Below are positions 11,019 to 19,591 of a stretch of 64,000 nucleotides of DNA, one piece after another; the first letter of the stretch is position 1, and each line of letters starts with the position of its first letter. This DNA comes from Pseudomonadota bacterium (GTDB lineage Bacteria > Pseudomonadota > Gammaproteobacteria > Burkholderiales > Burkholderiaceae_C). The notes under the pieces were generated by a model, which saw nothing but the letters and a program-made list of their open reading frames with translations, was not told the origin of the DNA and searched no databases. The DNA is taken from positions 27,843 to 91,842 of the forward strand of contig JAZKHJ010000020.1 of the NCBI GenBank assembly GCA_040385485.1, in the 5' to 3' direction. The translations under genes and the position numbers were made by a program.

Positions 11019-11363
11019 TCACATCTTTATGGCCGTGCCGCTTACAGCGACCATCATCATCCCGTTGGTCTCGCCGAGCACTTCGTAGTCGAAGTCGATG
11101 CCGATCACGCCGTTGGCGCCCATCTCGCGGGCCGATTCGATGAGGTCTTCCACCGCCGCGTCGCGCGCACCCGAGAGCGCCCGCTCGTAGCCACCAGCAC
11201 GCCCGCCCACCACGTCGCGCACCGACGAGAACATGTCTCGAAAAATGTTGGCGCCGATGATGGCTTCGCCATTGACCACGCCCACGTACTGCGAGCGCTC
11301 AATGCCCTCGGGCGTGGTGGTGCTGAGGAAGAAGCCGTCTTTCGCTTTGGAGAACCAGCCCAT
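11019..11363 (-). CDS. YbjQ family (UPF0145) protein
   Basis: 114 aa. Contains GEAIIGANIFRDMFSSVRDVVGGRAGGYE and ANGVIGIDFDYEVLG, the characteristic YbjQ pattern. Confidence 0.85.
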   Translation of the reverse strand: MGWFSKAKDGFFLSTTTPEGIERSQYVGVVNGEAIIGANIFRDMFSSVRDVVGGRAGGYERALSGARDAAVEDLIESAREMGANGVIGIDFDYEVLGETNGMMMVAVSGTAIKM

Positions 11364-11456
11364 GTGAACACTCCTGTTGATGCACCGCCGGGCGGGTGCA
11401 CGAGCATTGTGCTACCCCCATGCTATGGTGAGACTCAGCCACAACGGGAACACCCC

Positions 11457-12119
11457 ATGCCCGGCTACCAGGTCAAGACCGAGACCGTCGCGCTTGGCGG
11501 CACAGACTGGCGCATCCGCAGCCTGATCGACGACCAGCAGTACACCGACACCCACCACACCGCCGCCGACATCGGCCTGCCCTCTGCTGGCTGGTCGCAC
11601 TTCGGTCAGGTGTGGCCTTCTTCGCGCGTGCTCGCGCTCGCCATGCTCACGCACCCACTGGCGGGACTGCGCGTGCTGGAGATCGGTGCGGGCCTGGCAC
11701 TGGCCAGCCTGGTGATGCACCGGCGCGGTGCCAACGTGACCGTGAGCGACTGGCACCCGCTGACCGAAGAATTCCTCCAGCACAACCTCGCCCTCAATAA
11801 CCTGGGACCCCTGCCCTACCAGGCCGGCAACTGGGAGAGCGTGGCCGCCACCGACAACCCGGCGCTGGGTCTGTTTGATCTGATCGTGGGCAGCGACCTG
11901 CTGTACGAGCGACAACAGCCGGCGCAGCTGGCCGCCTTCATCCACCGCCACGCAGCCGTCGGCGCTCAGATCGTGATCGTCGACCCCGACCGGGGCAACC
12001 GAGCCGCCTTTGGCCGCGACATGGGCATGCTGGGCTTCGTGCTGACCATGCAGGCGGCCGACCGGCACCTGGAGGACGGAACGGCCTACAAGGGGCGGTT
12101 TCTGAGCTTCGTGCGCTGA
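11457..12119 (+). CDS. class I SAM-dependent methyltransferase (Methyltransf_16 / protein-lysine MTase-like)
   Basis: Starts MPGYQVKTETVALGG. Contains VWPSSRVLA and motif I (VLEIGAGLALASLV), followed by DLIVGSDLLY. Confidence 0.75.
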   Translation: MPGYQVKTETVALGGTDWRIRSLIDDQQYTDTHHTAADIGLPSAGWSHFGQVWPSSRVLALAMLTHPLAGLRVLEIGAGLALASLVMHRRGANVTVSDWHPLTEEFLQHNLALNNLGPLPYQAGNWESVAATDNPALGLFDLIVGSDLLYERQQPAQLAAFIHRHAAVGAQIVIVDPDRGNRAAFGRDMGMLGFVLTMQAADRHLEDGTAYKGRFLSFVR

Positions 12120-12125
12120 AGCGGC

Positions 12126-12170
12126 GCTGAAATGCAAAAAGCCCGCAGTGCGGGCTTTTTGCATTTCAGC
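12126..12170. terminator. bidirectional rho-independent terminator
   Basis: Perfect 21-bp inverted repeat GCTGAAATGCAAAAAGCCCGC-agt-GCGGGCTTTTTGCATTTCAGC. It lies between the convergent methyltransferase gene and the small basic ORF. Confidence 0.85.
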
Positions 12171-12196
12171 GAGGTCGGCCACCTGGGCCGGCCCGA

Positions 12197-12367
12197 TCAG
12201 CCGCCCTTCTTGGAGCGCTTGCCGGGGTTCTTCTTGCTGCGGGTTGCCACACCACGCTCCAGGCTCACGCGCTGACCACGCCCAGGGGAGGTCAGGGACA
12301 CGCCTGCGACGGGCGTGGGGCGGGGGGTGGCTTTGCGGTCGGCTTCGGTGACGATTTTGTTGCCCAT
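12197..12367 (-). CDS. hypothetical small basic protein (56 aa)
   Basis: ATG at 12367 with AGGA about 8 nt upstream. G/C dominates codon third positions. Sequence is MGNKIVTEADRKATPRPTPVAG...SKKNPGKRSKKGG. It is followed by the 12126-12170 terminator. No family recognised. Confidence 0.45.
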   Translation of the reverse strand: MGNKIVTEADRKATPRPTPVAGVSLTSPGRGQRVSLERGVATRSKKNPGKRSKKGG

Positions 12368-12433
12368 GACTGGATCCTGAGAAAGTTGCAAAAGTGACGG
12401 AATGCGCTATTAGGCCACAAGGCTTCGCAGGCG

Positions 12434-13327
12434 TCAGGTGGCGTCGGCCGCGTTCCAGGTGAAGGCGGAGTCGGTGGACAAGGCCTCAGGGCGGCGCACC
12501 GGCATCTGCCAGCCGTGACCGGGATGCGTCTGTGCCGAGATGTCGATGCGCGGGGCATGGGCCGTCACCGGGCCGAAGATGGTGGCAAACGAGGCGTCGG
12601 CCGCGTCGCGCCCGGTGCCGATGCGCACGAAACCCATGGGGATGGCGGTGCCCGAGGGATCGAACAGGTACCAGCGGTGGCCGAGGTAGGCCTCCACATA
12701 GGCGTGAAAATCCGTCGGACCCAGGGCCGGATCGGCACCGAAGTCGATCGCGGTGGTGAAGCGCGCCGGGATGTTGAGCGCGCGACAGAAGGTGATCATG
12801 AGGTGGGCAAAGTCGCGGCACACCCCTTTGTGGTCGTTGAGCGTGTCCAGTGCCGAGGTCATGGAGTTGCTGGTGTTCGACTCGAACTTCACCTGGCTCT
12901 GCACCCAGTTCTGGATCGCTTCCACGCGGCGGTAACCCGGCGGCATCTGGCCAAACAGCTCGTTGGCCATGGCGGTGACGCAGTCCGACTGGCAGTAGCG
13001 GCTGGGGTAGATGTAGGTCAGCACCTCGGCCGGCAGTTGGCTGATGGGCGTTTCGAACACGCTGTCGGGCTGGGCAACGTGGTGCACGATGTCCAGCGTG
13101 GCGCGGTAGCGCAGTTGCAGTGGGCCGGGGCTTGCGGTCAGGCGCAGGATGCGCGTGCGGGTGGCGGGATCGGTGTGCATGACCATGGGCACGGGCTGAC
13201 TGACTTGCAGCTCTTCCCAGACCACGGTCTGCTGCGGCGAATGCGCGGCCTGGACGTTGAAGATGAAATCGCCGCTGGGCTGGTTGACCTCGTATTGCAG
13301 GTCGATGGCGAGGTGGATGCGAACCAT
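12434..13327 (-). CDS. transglutaminase-like family protein
   Basis: 297 aa from MVRIHLAIDLQYEV. Has a bacterial transglutaminase N-terminal domain followed by a Cys core (GVCRDFAHL) and later HAYVE and FDP motifs (Cys-His-Asp). The upstream part of the 520-aa track ORF is Ser/Ala/Arg-rich and overlaps the divergent permease gene. Confidence 0.85.
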   Translation of the reverse strand: MVRIHLAIDLQYEVNQPSGDFIFNVQAAHSPQQTVVWEELQVSQPVPMVMHTDPATRTRILRLTASPGPLQLRYRATLDIVHHVAQPDSVFETPISQLPAEVLTYIYPSRYCQSDCVTAMANELFGQMPPGYRRVEAIQNWVQSQVKFESNTSNSMTSALDTLNDHKGVCRDFAHLMITFCRALNIPARFTTAIDFGADPALGPTDFHAYVEAYLGHRWYLFDPSGTAIPMGFVRIGTGRDAADASFATIFGPVTAHAPRIDISAQTHPGHGWQMPVRRPEALSTDSAFTWNAADAT

Positions 13328-13487
13328 GGGATCACCGTGAAGAAAAGAGTGGACGGGCCTGAGGCCTGTGGGACGGTGAAATACAACTTCGTTTGATGCT
13401 ACGCGCCCGAAACGGTGGCGTCTGTGCGCCATAACACCTTGCCCCGCATTGCCGCCGGGCAAGGGCTTCGGCGTAAGCTCGAACGCC

Positions 13488-16058
13488 ATGCGCGCGCTGC
13501 TCTCCACGTTCTCCTTGCAAGAGTTGCGCCACCACCCGTGGCGCAACGCCACGGCCGTGGTGGCGGTGATGCTGGGCGTGGCGCTGGCGTTCGCGGTGCA
13601 CCTCATCAACGCCTCGGCACTCGCCGAGTTCTCCAGCGCGGTGAGTTCGGTCAATGGCCAGCCCGACGTGGAGCTGCGCGCCCGCCAGGGCCTGCTGCCC
13701 GACACCCTGCTGGACAAGGTGGCCGCCCATCCCGAGGTGGCGCTGGCCAGCCCGGTGCTGGAGCTGCCCACCCAGGCCGTGCTGCCCGGTGGCGAACGCG
13801 TGGCCGTCAAGCTGCTGGGCGTGGACGCACTGGTGGTGGCGGGCCTCTCGCCCGCGCTCATGCCGGTGCCCGAGACCACCACCCAGGACACGGCGGGGCG
13901 GCGCTTCGATCTGTTTGCCCCTGACGCGGTGTTTCTCAACGCCGCCGCGCAGCAGGCGCTGGGCAGCGCCCACACGTTGCAGTTGCAAAGCGGCATTGCC
14001 TTGCGAGGCGTGCGCGTGGCCGGGCGGGTGAACGCACCGGGCGCACCGCTGTTGGTGATGGACGTGGCGGCCGCTCAGGTCCTGATGGACCGCGCAGGCC
14101 AGCTCAGCAGAATCGACATGCGGCTGGCACCCGGCGCGCAGGCCGACGCGGTGCTGGCCTCGCTCGCCCTGCCCGCCCAGGTGATCGCTCAGCGGCCCGA
14201 GCAGTCGGGAGAACGGGTGAGCAACCTCTCGCGTGCCTACCGGGTCAACCTCACCGTGCTGGCGTTGGTGGCGTTGTTCACCGGTGCCTTTCTCGTGTTT
14301 TCGGTGCTGTCGCTCTCGGTGGCGCGGCGCCAGCCGCAGTTTGCATTGCTCGGCGTGCTGGGGCTCTCGGGCAACGAGCGTCTGCGCCTCGTGTTGGCCG
14401 AGTCGGCGCTGCTGGGTCTGCTGGGCAGTGCCCTCGGCGTTGTTCTGGGCACGGCGCTGGCAGCGCTCGCGCTGAGGCTGCTCGGTGGTGATCTGGGCGG
14501 TGGTTATTTCTCCGGCGTGGCGCCGCCCCTGCAATGGAACGCCTGGGCCGCCCTCGTGTACGGCGGCCTGGGTGTGGTGGCCTCTGTGGTGGGTGGCTGG
14601 TGGCCGGCCCGGGCCACGGCGCGCATGGCGCCCGCGCAGGCTTTGAAAGGCCTGGGTGCACCGGTGCGCCCGGGCGCGCGCCGGCACACGCTGGCCTTGG
14701 CGCTTGTCGTGCTCGCGGCGGCCCTGGCCTGGGCGCCTCCGGTGGGGGGCATTCCACTGGCCGCCTATCTCTCGGTGGGGTTGCTGCTGGTGGGCGGCAT
14801 TGCGGCGCTGCCGCTGGCCGTGGGTTGGCTGCTCGACCGCATTGCACCGCACATCGCCCGGCACGCACTGCCGGTGCTGGCGGTGGAGCGCGCGCGCCGC
14901 CTGCGCGAGACCGCCGCCGTGGCCACCAGCGGCGTGGTGGCCAGCCTGGCCTTGTCGGTGGCGCTCACGGTGATGGTGGCGAGCTTTCGAGACTCGGTCA
15001 CGCATTGGCTCGACGCGGTGCTTCCCGCCCAGCTGTATGTGCGCAGCAGCGGGAGCACCGGCAACGACACGGCTCATCTGCCCCCGAATTTTGTGGACGC
15101 CGTGGCACGCGTGGACGGTGTGGCGCGCATGGACACGCTGCGCGCCACGCCGGTGCAGCTGGACCCGGTGCGCCCGGCCGTGGTGCTGCTCTCGCGCCCG
15201 CTCAACATGGCGCCCGGCTCCGCGCTGAGCCTGCCGCTGGTGGGCAACCCGCTGCCCACCCCGGCCGCGGCCGAGGGTGAAAGCGTCATCCCCGTGTATG
15301 TGAGTGAAGCCATGGTGGATCTTTACGGCGCGAAACCGGGGGGCTGGCTACCGGGTCTGGCGCAGGCCTTTGCAGGGCCGAACGTGCGCGGGGTTCGCTT
15401 CTTTGTGGCGGGCGTGTGGCGCGACTACGCACGCCAGCACGGCAGCGTGGCGATGGACCGCGCCGACTTCGTGCGCCTCACGGGGGACGCGCGCGTGAAC
15501 GACCTCGCATTGCACCTGGATGCGGGCACGGACGAGAACGCGGTACGCGAGCGCATCCGCGCCCTGGCCTCCAGCGAAGGTGCGGGCGGGTTGATCGAGT
15601 TCGCCTCGTCGGGCCAGATCCGCGCGGTGTCGCTGCGCATCTTCGACCGCAGCTTTGCCGTCACCGTGTGGCTGCAGGCAGTGGCCATCGGCATCGGTCT
15701 GTTCGGCGTGGCGGCCAGCTTCAGTGCGCAGGTGCTGGCGCGCCGGCGCGAGTTCGGGCTGCTGGCGCACCTGGGCCTCACGCGCCAGCAGATCCTGGGT
15801 GTCGTGGCGCTCGAAGGACTGGCCTGGACACTGCTGGGCGCGCTCGCCGGCCTGGGGCTGGGCCTGGCGGTGAGTCTGGTGCTGGTGCATGTGGTCAACC
15901 CGCAGAGCTTTCACTGGACCATGGATCTGGTGCTGCCCTGGGCGCGGCTGCTCGCGCTGTGCGCGGCCGTGGTGATGGCAGGCACGCTCACCGCGTGGCT
16001 GGCCGGGCAGGCGGCTGCGAGCCGCGACGCGGTGCGTGCGGTGAAGGAGGACTGGTGA
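13488..16058 (+). CDS. ABC transporter permease with two FtsX-type domains (YbbP/AttF-G-like)
   Basis: 856 aa from MRALLSTFSLQELRHHPWRN. Shows two repeats of a large periplasmic loop followed by a four-helix FtsX module. There is no Walker motif, so it is the permease only. Confidence 0.85.
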   Translation: MRALLSTFSLQELRHHPWRNATAVVAVMLGVALAFAVHLINASALAEFSSAVSSVNGQPDVELRARQGLLPDTLLDKVAAHPEVALASPVLELPTQAVLPGGERVAVKLLGVDALVVAGLSPALMPVPETTTQDTAGRRFDLFAPDAVFLNAAAQQALGSAHTLQLQSGIALRGVRVAGRVNAPGAPLLVMDVAAAQVLMDRAGQLSRIDMRLAPGAQADAVLASLALPAQVIAQRPEQSGERVSNLSRAYRVNLTVLALVALFTGAFLVFSVLSLSVARRQPQFALLGVLGLSGNERLRLVLAESALLGLLGSALGVVLGTALAALALRLLGGDLGGGYFSGVAPPLQWNAWAALVYGGLGVVASVVGGWWPARATARMAPAQALKGLGAPVRPGARRHTLALALVVLAAALAWAPPVGGIPLAAYLSVGLLLVGGIAALPLAVGWLLDRIAPHIARHALPVLAVERARRLRETAAVATSGVVASLALSVALTVMVASFRDSVTHWLDAVLPAQLYVRSSGSTGNDTAHLPPNFVDAVARVDGVARMDTLRATPVQLDPVRPAVVLLSRPLNMAPGSALSLPLVGNPLPTPAAAEGESVIPVYVSEAMVDLYGAKPGGWLPGLAQAFAGPNVRGVRFFVAGVWRDYARQHGSVAMDRADFVRLTGDARVNDLALHLDAGTDENAVRERIRALASSEGAGGLIEFASSGQIRAVSLRIFDRSFAVTVWLQAVAIGIGLFGVAASFSAQVLARRREFGLLAHLGLTRQQILGVVALEGLAWTLLGALAGLGLGLAVSLVLVHVVNPQSFHWTMDLVLPWARLLALCAAVVMAGTLTAWLAGQAAASRDAVRAVKEDW

Positions 16059-17194
16059 TGAAGCCCGGACCGGACAGCATGCGCCGCAGCCTGTTGATCG
16101 CAACGGCAGGCGCCCTCACCTTTCCCGGTTCCCGTGCGCAACCGCCCCACCGTGCGGGCGAGCCGCTGCTGCCAAGACCACTGGTGTTCCCGCGCGACCA
16201 CGGCACGCACAACGACACCCGCACCGAGTGGTGGTACCTGACGGGCCACGCCAAGGACGAGAAGGGTCGCGAGTTCGGTTTCCAGGTCACGTTCTTCCGA
16301 AGCCGCGTCGACGGAACACAAAGCCTGCCAAGCCGCCTGGCGGCCAGGCACCTGCTGTTCGCCCATGCGGCCATCACCGACGTGCAGAGCGGCAAGCTGC
16401 TGCACGACCAGCGCATCGCACGCTGGAACGGCGAGCCGCCCATCCACGCCGAGCGCGGCGTGTTCGCCAGCGAGGCCGACACCCGCGTGGTGCTGCGCGA
16501 CTGGCACATCGAGCGCACGCCAGACGGCAGCTACAACACGCGCATCGGCGGTGACGCGCTGAGCATCGACCTCACCGCGCAGCCACAACAGGCCTGGTTG
16601 TTGCAGGGCGACGAAGGGTTCTCGCGCAAGGGTCCAGACACCTCACAGGCGAGCTTCTACGTGTCTCAGCCGCACCTGGCGGTACAGGGCACGCTGGGCA
16701 TCGGCAGACAACGGTTTGACGTGCAAGGCACGGCCTGGCTTGACCACGAATGGAGCGAAGCGCTGCTGCACCCCGAAGCCGTGGGCTGGGATTGGATCGG
16801 CATGAACCTGTTTGACGGCCACAGCGTGACCGCATTCCAGTTACGCCGCGCTGACGGCAGCAAGCTCTGGGCGGGCGGTTCGTTTCGGGCTGCGGGCAGC
16901 GCACGAAGCCCCACCGACATCTACCGCTTCCGGCCGGGCGAGGTGGACTTCAAGGCGCAACGTTTCTGGACCAGCCCACTCACCCGCGCGAAGTACCCGG
17001 TGGAATGGCTGATCCGCACACCGGCCGACTTCTACACCGTCAAAGCGGTGATCGATCCACAGGAACTCGACAGCCGCCAGGGCACCGGGACGGTGTACTG
17101 GGAAGGCCTGTCGGACCTGTTCGACAGCAACGGCCAGCGCGTGGGGCGTGGCTATCTGGAGATGACGGGGTACGCGCAGCGGCTGGTGTTGTAA
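16058..17194 (+). CDS. AttH-like lipocalin-domain protein (carotenoid 1,2-hydratase/CrtC-related)
   Basis: Its ATG overlaps the permease stop (TGATG). Has a signal or Tat-like N-terminus, PRDHGTHNDTRTEWWYLTGH and FGFQVTFFR motifs, and a C-terminal GRGYLEMTGY. Confidence 0.8.
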   Translation: MKPGPDSMRRSLLIATAGALTFPGSRAQPPHRAGEPLLPRPLVFPRDHGTHNDTRTEWWYLTGHAKDEKGREFGFQVTFFRSRVDGTQSLPSRLAARHLLFAHAAITDVQSGKLLHDQRIARWNGEPPIHAERGVFASEADTRVVLRDWHIERTPDGSYNTRIGGDALSIDLTAQPQQAWLLQGDEGFSRKGPDTSQASFYVSQPHLAVQGTLGIGRQRFDVQGTAWLDHEWSEALLHPEAVGWDWIGMNLFDGHSVTAFQLRRADGSKLWAGGSFRAAGSARSPTDIYRFRPGEVDFKAQRFWTSPLTRAKYPVEWLIRTPADFYTVKAVIDPQELDSRQGTGTVYWEGLSDLFDSNGQRVGRGYLEMTGYAQRLVL

Positions 17195-17212
17195 GCACTT
17201 CGCCGGGACCGG

Positions 17213-18265
17213 TCAATCGGGTTGCCACTCACGGAAAAAACGGATGCGCTCGCCATGGTCGGGGTGACTGGAAATGGCGATCGGCAATCGGGCGTTGCCC
17301 TTGCCATCGGCGTCCTGGCCGGCTTCCTCCCGCTGGATCCGCTCGAAGAACGCGACCATCACCGAGGGGGATACCTGGCTTTGATCGAGCAGTCGCGCGG
17401 CGAAGGCATCGGACTCGCGCTCGGCATCGCGCGAATAGGCCTGCGTGGCGAGGGTCGCGGGCACCGTGGCCAGGAAGCCGCTGGCATCGCCCAGCACCAC
17501 GCCCACCAGCGCGCTGACCAGACTCGCGCGCACCATCAGATCCAGCCCATGGCGGTGCTGCACATGGCCGAGTTCGTGCGCCAGCACGCCCACGATGGCA
17601 TCGGGCTGGTCGGCCAACAGGGTCACGAGTTCGTCCGTGATCACGATGTACCCACCGGGCAGCGCAAAGGCATTGGCACCCAGGGCCTTGGACTTGTGAA
17701 ACGAGAGCTGCCAGGCCGGTGCGTCGCCCTGCGGATGGGCGCGCTCCACGACCGACTTGAATCGGGCGCGCAACGCTTCCTGTTGCTGTGCGGGAAGCGC
17801 GCTGGGCTGCAGGAACAGCCGGTCCAGCTGTTGCATGCCCTGCTCTCCCAGACGGGTCTCCAGCGACCTCGGAACCTGGTGCGCCAGGATCTGGCTCAGC
17901 CAAGGCACGCCCCAGGTCCACGCTGCACCGAGAAACAGCACGGTGGCACCCATGGCCACCAGCGTGGCGCGCCAGCTCTGCATCCAGCGCACCACCGCAC
18001 CGTCGCGCTGGCCGCTGGCCTGCCGCCAGGCGTCCCACTCACCCGCCGCAGCGTGCTGGATCAAGCTGCCGTCGGGCAACTCGCTCTGGCGCTGGCCGTG
18101 CGAACGGCGTTCGGCCCAGCGCACCCGCCGCACCGGATAGCGGCGCTCGCTGCCCACCAGCGTGAGCACGAGTTCATCACCTTCGATGCACAGTTCGCAG
18201 ACCTGCGCGCGCGGGCTGTGGCCGTCAAACCAGGTGCTGAGCAGCCGGGGCGCTTCGTTCATCAC
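17213..18265 (-). CDS. M48 family metallopeptidase with N-terminal extension and TM segment
   Basis: 350 aa. Has the HEXXH motif (HELGHVQHRH), a downstream E (ERESDAF) and one central TM (ATLVAMGATVLFLGAAW). Confidence 0.85.
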   Translation of the reverse strand: MMNEAPRLLSTWFDGHSPRAQVCELCIEGDELVLTLVGSERRYPVRRVRWAERRSHGQRQSELPDGSLIQHAAAGEWDAWRQASGQRDGAVVRWMQSWRATLVAMGATVLFLGAAWTWGVPWLSQILAHQVPRSLETRLGEQGMQQLDRLFLQPSALPAQQQEALRARFKSVVERAHPQGDAPAWQLSFHKSKALGANAFALPGGYIVITDELVTLLADQPDAIVGVLAHELGHVQHRHGLDLMVRASLVSALVGVVLGDASGFLATVPATLATQAYSRDAERESDAFAARLLDQSQVSPSVMVAFFERIQREEAGQDADGKGNARLPIAISSHPDHGERIRFFREWQPD

Positions 18266-19452
18266 AGGCCCATGTCGATACCGAAAAAGTCGCCGGCCGC
18301 ATCACCCAGGAGGCCTTTGTCGCCGCCTTGTGCCTGCGCGAGCCATGCGTTCACGTCACCCTGCACCGCGATGGCCATGGCCTCCAGCCGCAGGCGTGCG
18401 CTATTCACCTTGGCAAACGGCCAGTAGAGACCCAGGGTGAGCGCAATCAACAGCCAATTCTTCGCCGTCAGGCTCATCAAGGGAGTGAACTTCAACTGGC
18501 TGTCAAACCGGATGCGTCGACTGACGGTGTTGGACCACAGGAGGTTTTGCAGGCGCGACGTGGTGTAGGGCATGAGCACCAGCGGGAACACCAGGTAGGC
18601 CAACGCCAACACGAAGGGCAGCGCGATCATGGCCGCGCCGCCGGAGGTGCCCAGCATCACCGCCACGATGCCACCCACGCCAGCAAGCAACGCCGTGCAC
18701 AGCAGGGACACACCGGCCACCCGGAACGAGAAACCGTAGAACGCGCCAACGCCAGCCTTCAACCGCGTGCGTTCCTGTGCGAAGGCGTAGCCGCCATGCT
18801 GGTACTGCTTGATGCGCGACAGCATCCATGGCGAGATCGCGGCCATCGCCAAAACGAACAGGCTCATCGCCGCGGCAATCATGGCGCCGGCCGCGCGATC
18901 TTTTGAGTCGTGCACTTCCGGCGCGATCAAGGCGATGACCACCCCGAACGCGAACCCCGGAATGAAGAACGGCAGCATGCACAGGTAGGCACCCTTCAGG
19001 TCGCCTTCAAAAGACATGCGCACGCCACGCCAGCTGGTGTTGCGCAGCCGAAACTGCAGCGACGCACGCCAAAGCGCGGGCCACAACGCCGCCAGCACCA
19101 GCAAGGGGATCCAAGAAAAGGCCGGCGCGAAGCTGTACACAGCCCAGTAAGAGACACCGAACAGCAGCATGAGCAGGTAGCCGCGGAACATCTTCCACGG
19201 GTCGCCATGAAACCCCAACGGGTCTTTGCCCACCAGGGTGTTGTTCTGAAAGTAGGCCAGGCGCCGGGCGCGGGCAAACGGCCAATAGAGCGTGAAGGTG
19301 AGCAGGGTCAGCAGCAGGTTGACGATCCAGATGCGGAAGTACTCGCTGCCCGAACCGGTGAAGCGAATCTCGAGCGTCTGCGTCGGATCAATCCTGGTGG
19401 ATCGCCTGTCGGACAAGAACTCGGTCGCTTCAAAATCATCCTGCTGTGCCAT
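18262..19452 (-). CDS. YjgN family (DUF898) inner-membrane protein
   Basis: ATG at 19452 preceded by AGGAGG. Starts MAQQDDFEATEF. Contains FTGSGSEYFRIWIVNLLLTLLTFTLYWPFA and the duplicated GLYWPFAK motif, with multiple TM segments. There is a 4-nt overlap with the M48 gene. Confidence 0.8.
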   Translation of the reverse strand: MAQQDDFEATEFLSDRRSTRIDPTQTLEIRFTGSGSEYFRIWIVNLLLTLLTFTLYWPFARARRLAYFQNNTLVGKDPLGFHGDPWKMFRGYLLMLLFGVSYWAVYSFAPAFSWIPLLVLAALWPALWRASLQFRLRNTSWRGVRMSFEGDLKGAYLCMLPFFIPGFAFGVVIALIAPEVHDSKDRAAGAMIAAAMSLFVLAMAAISPWMLSRIKQYQHGGYAFAQERTRLKAGVGAFYGFSFRVAGVSLLCTALLAGVGGIVAVMLGTSGGAAMIALPFVLALAYLVFPLVLMPYTTSRLQNLLWSNTVSRRIRFDSQLKFTPLMSLTAKNWLLIALTLGLYWPFAKVNSARLRLEAMAIAVQGDVNAWLAQAQGGDKGLLGDAAGDFFGIDMGL

Positions 19453-19591
19453 CCCTGTCCTCCTGGTTGTTGAAAATTTGGTGGCGATCCTAGCATCAAA
19501 AATTCGTACAAATGACCTACTGCGGCCAGCCCTGAGCATTGCGTGCAGCCGCTCAAAACGGGCGCGCGCAAAACCCGGCACACTCCTCTGC

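Noticed and set aside
13332-15077. 581-aa ORF antisense to the FtsX permease
   Set aside because: Its composition is dominated by His/Arg/Gln/Gly. It lies antisense to a gene with a clear membrane-protein repeat structure.
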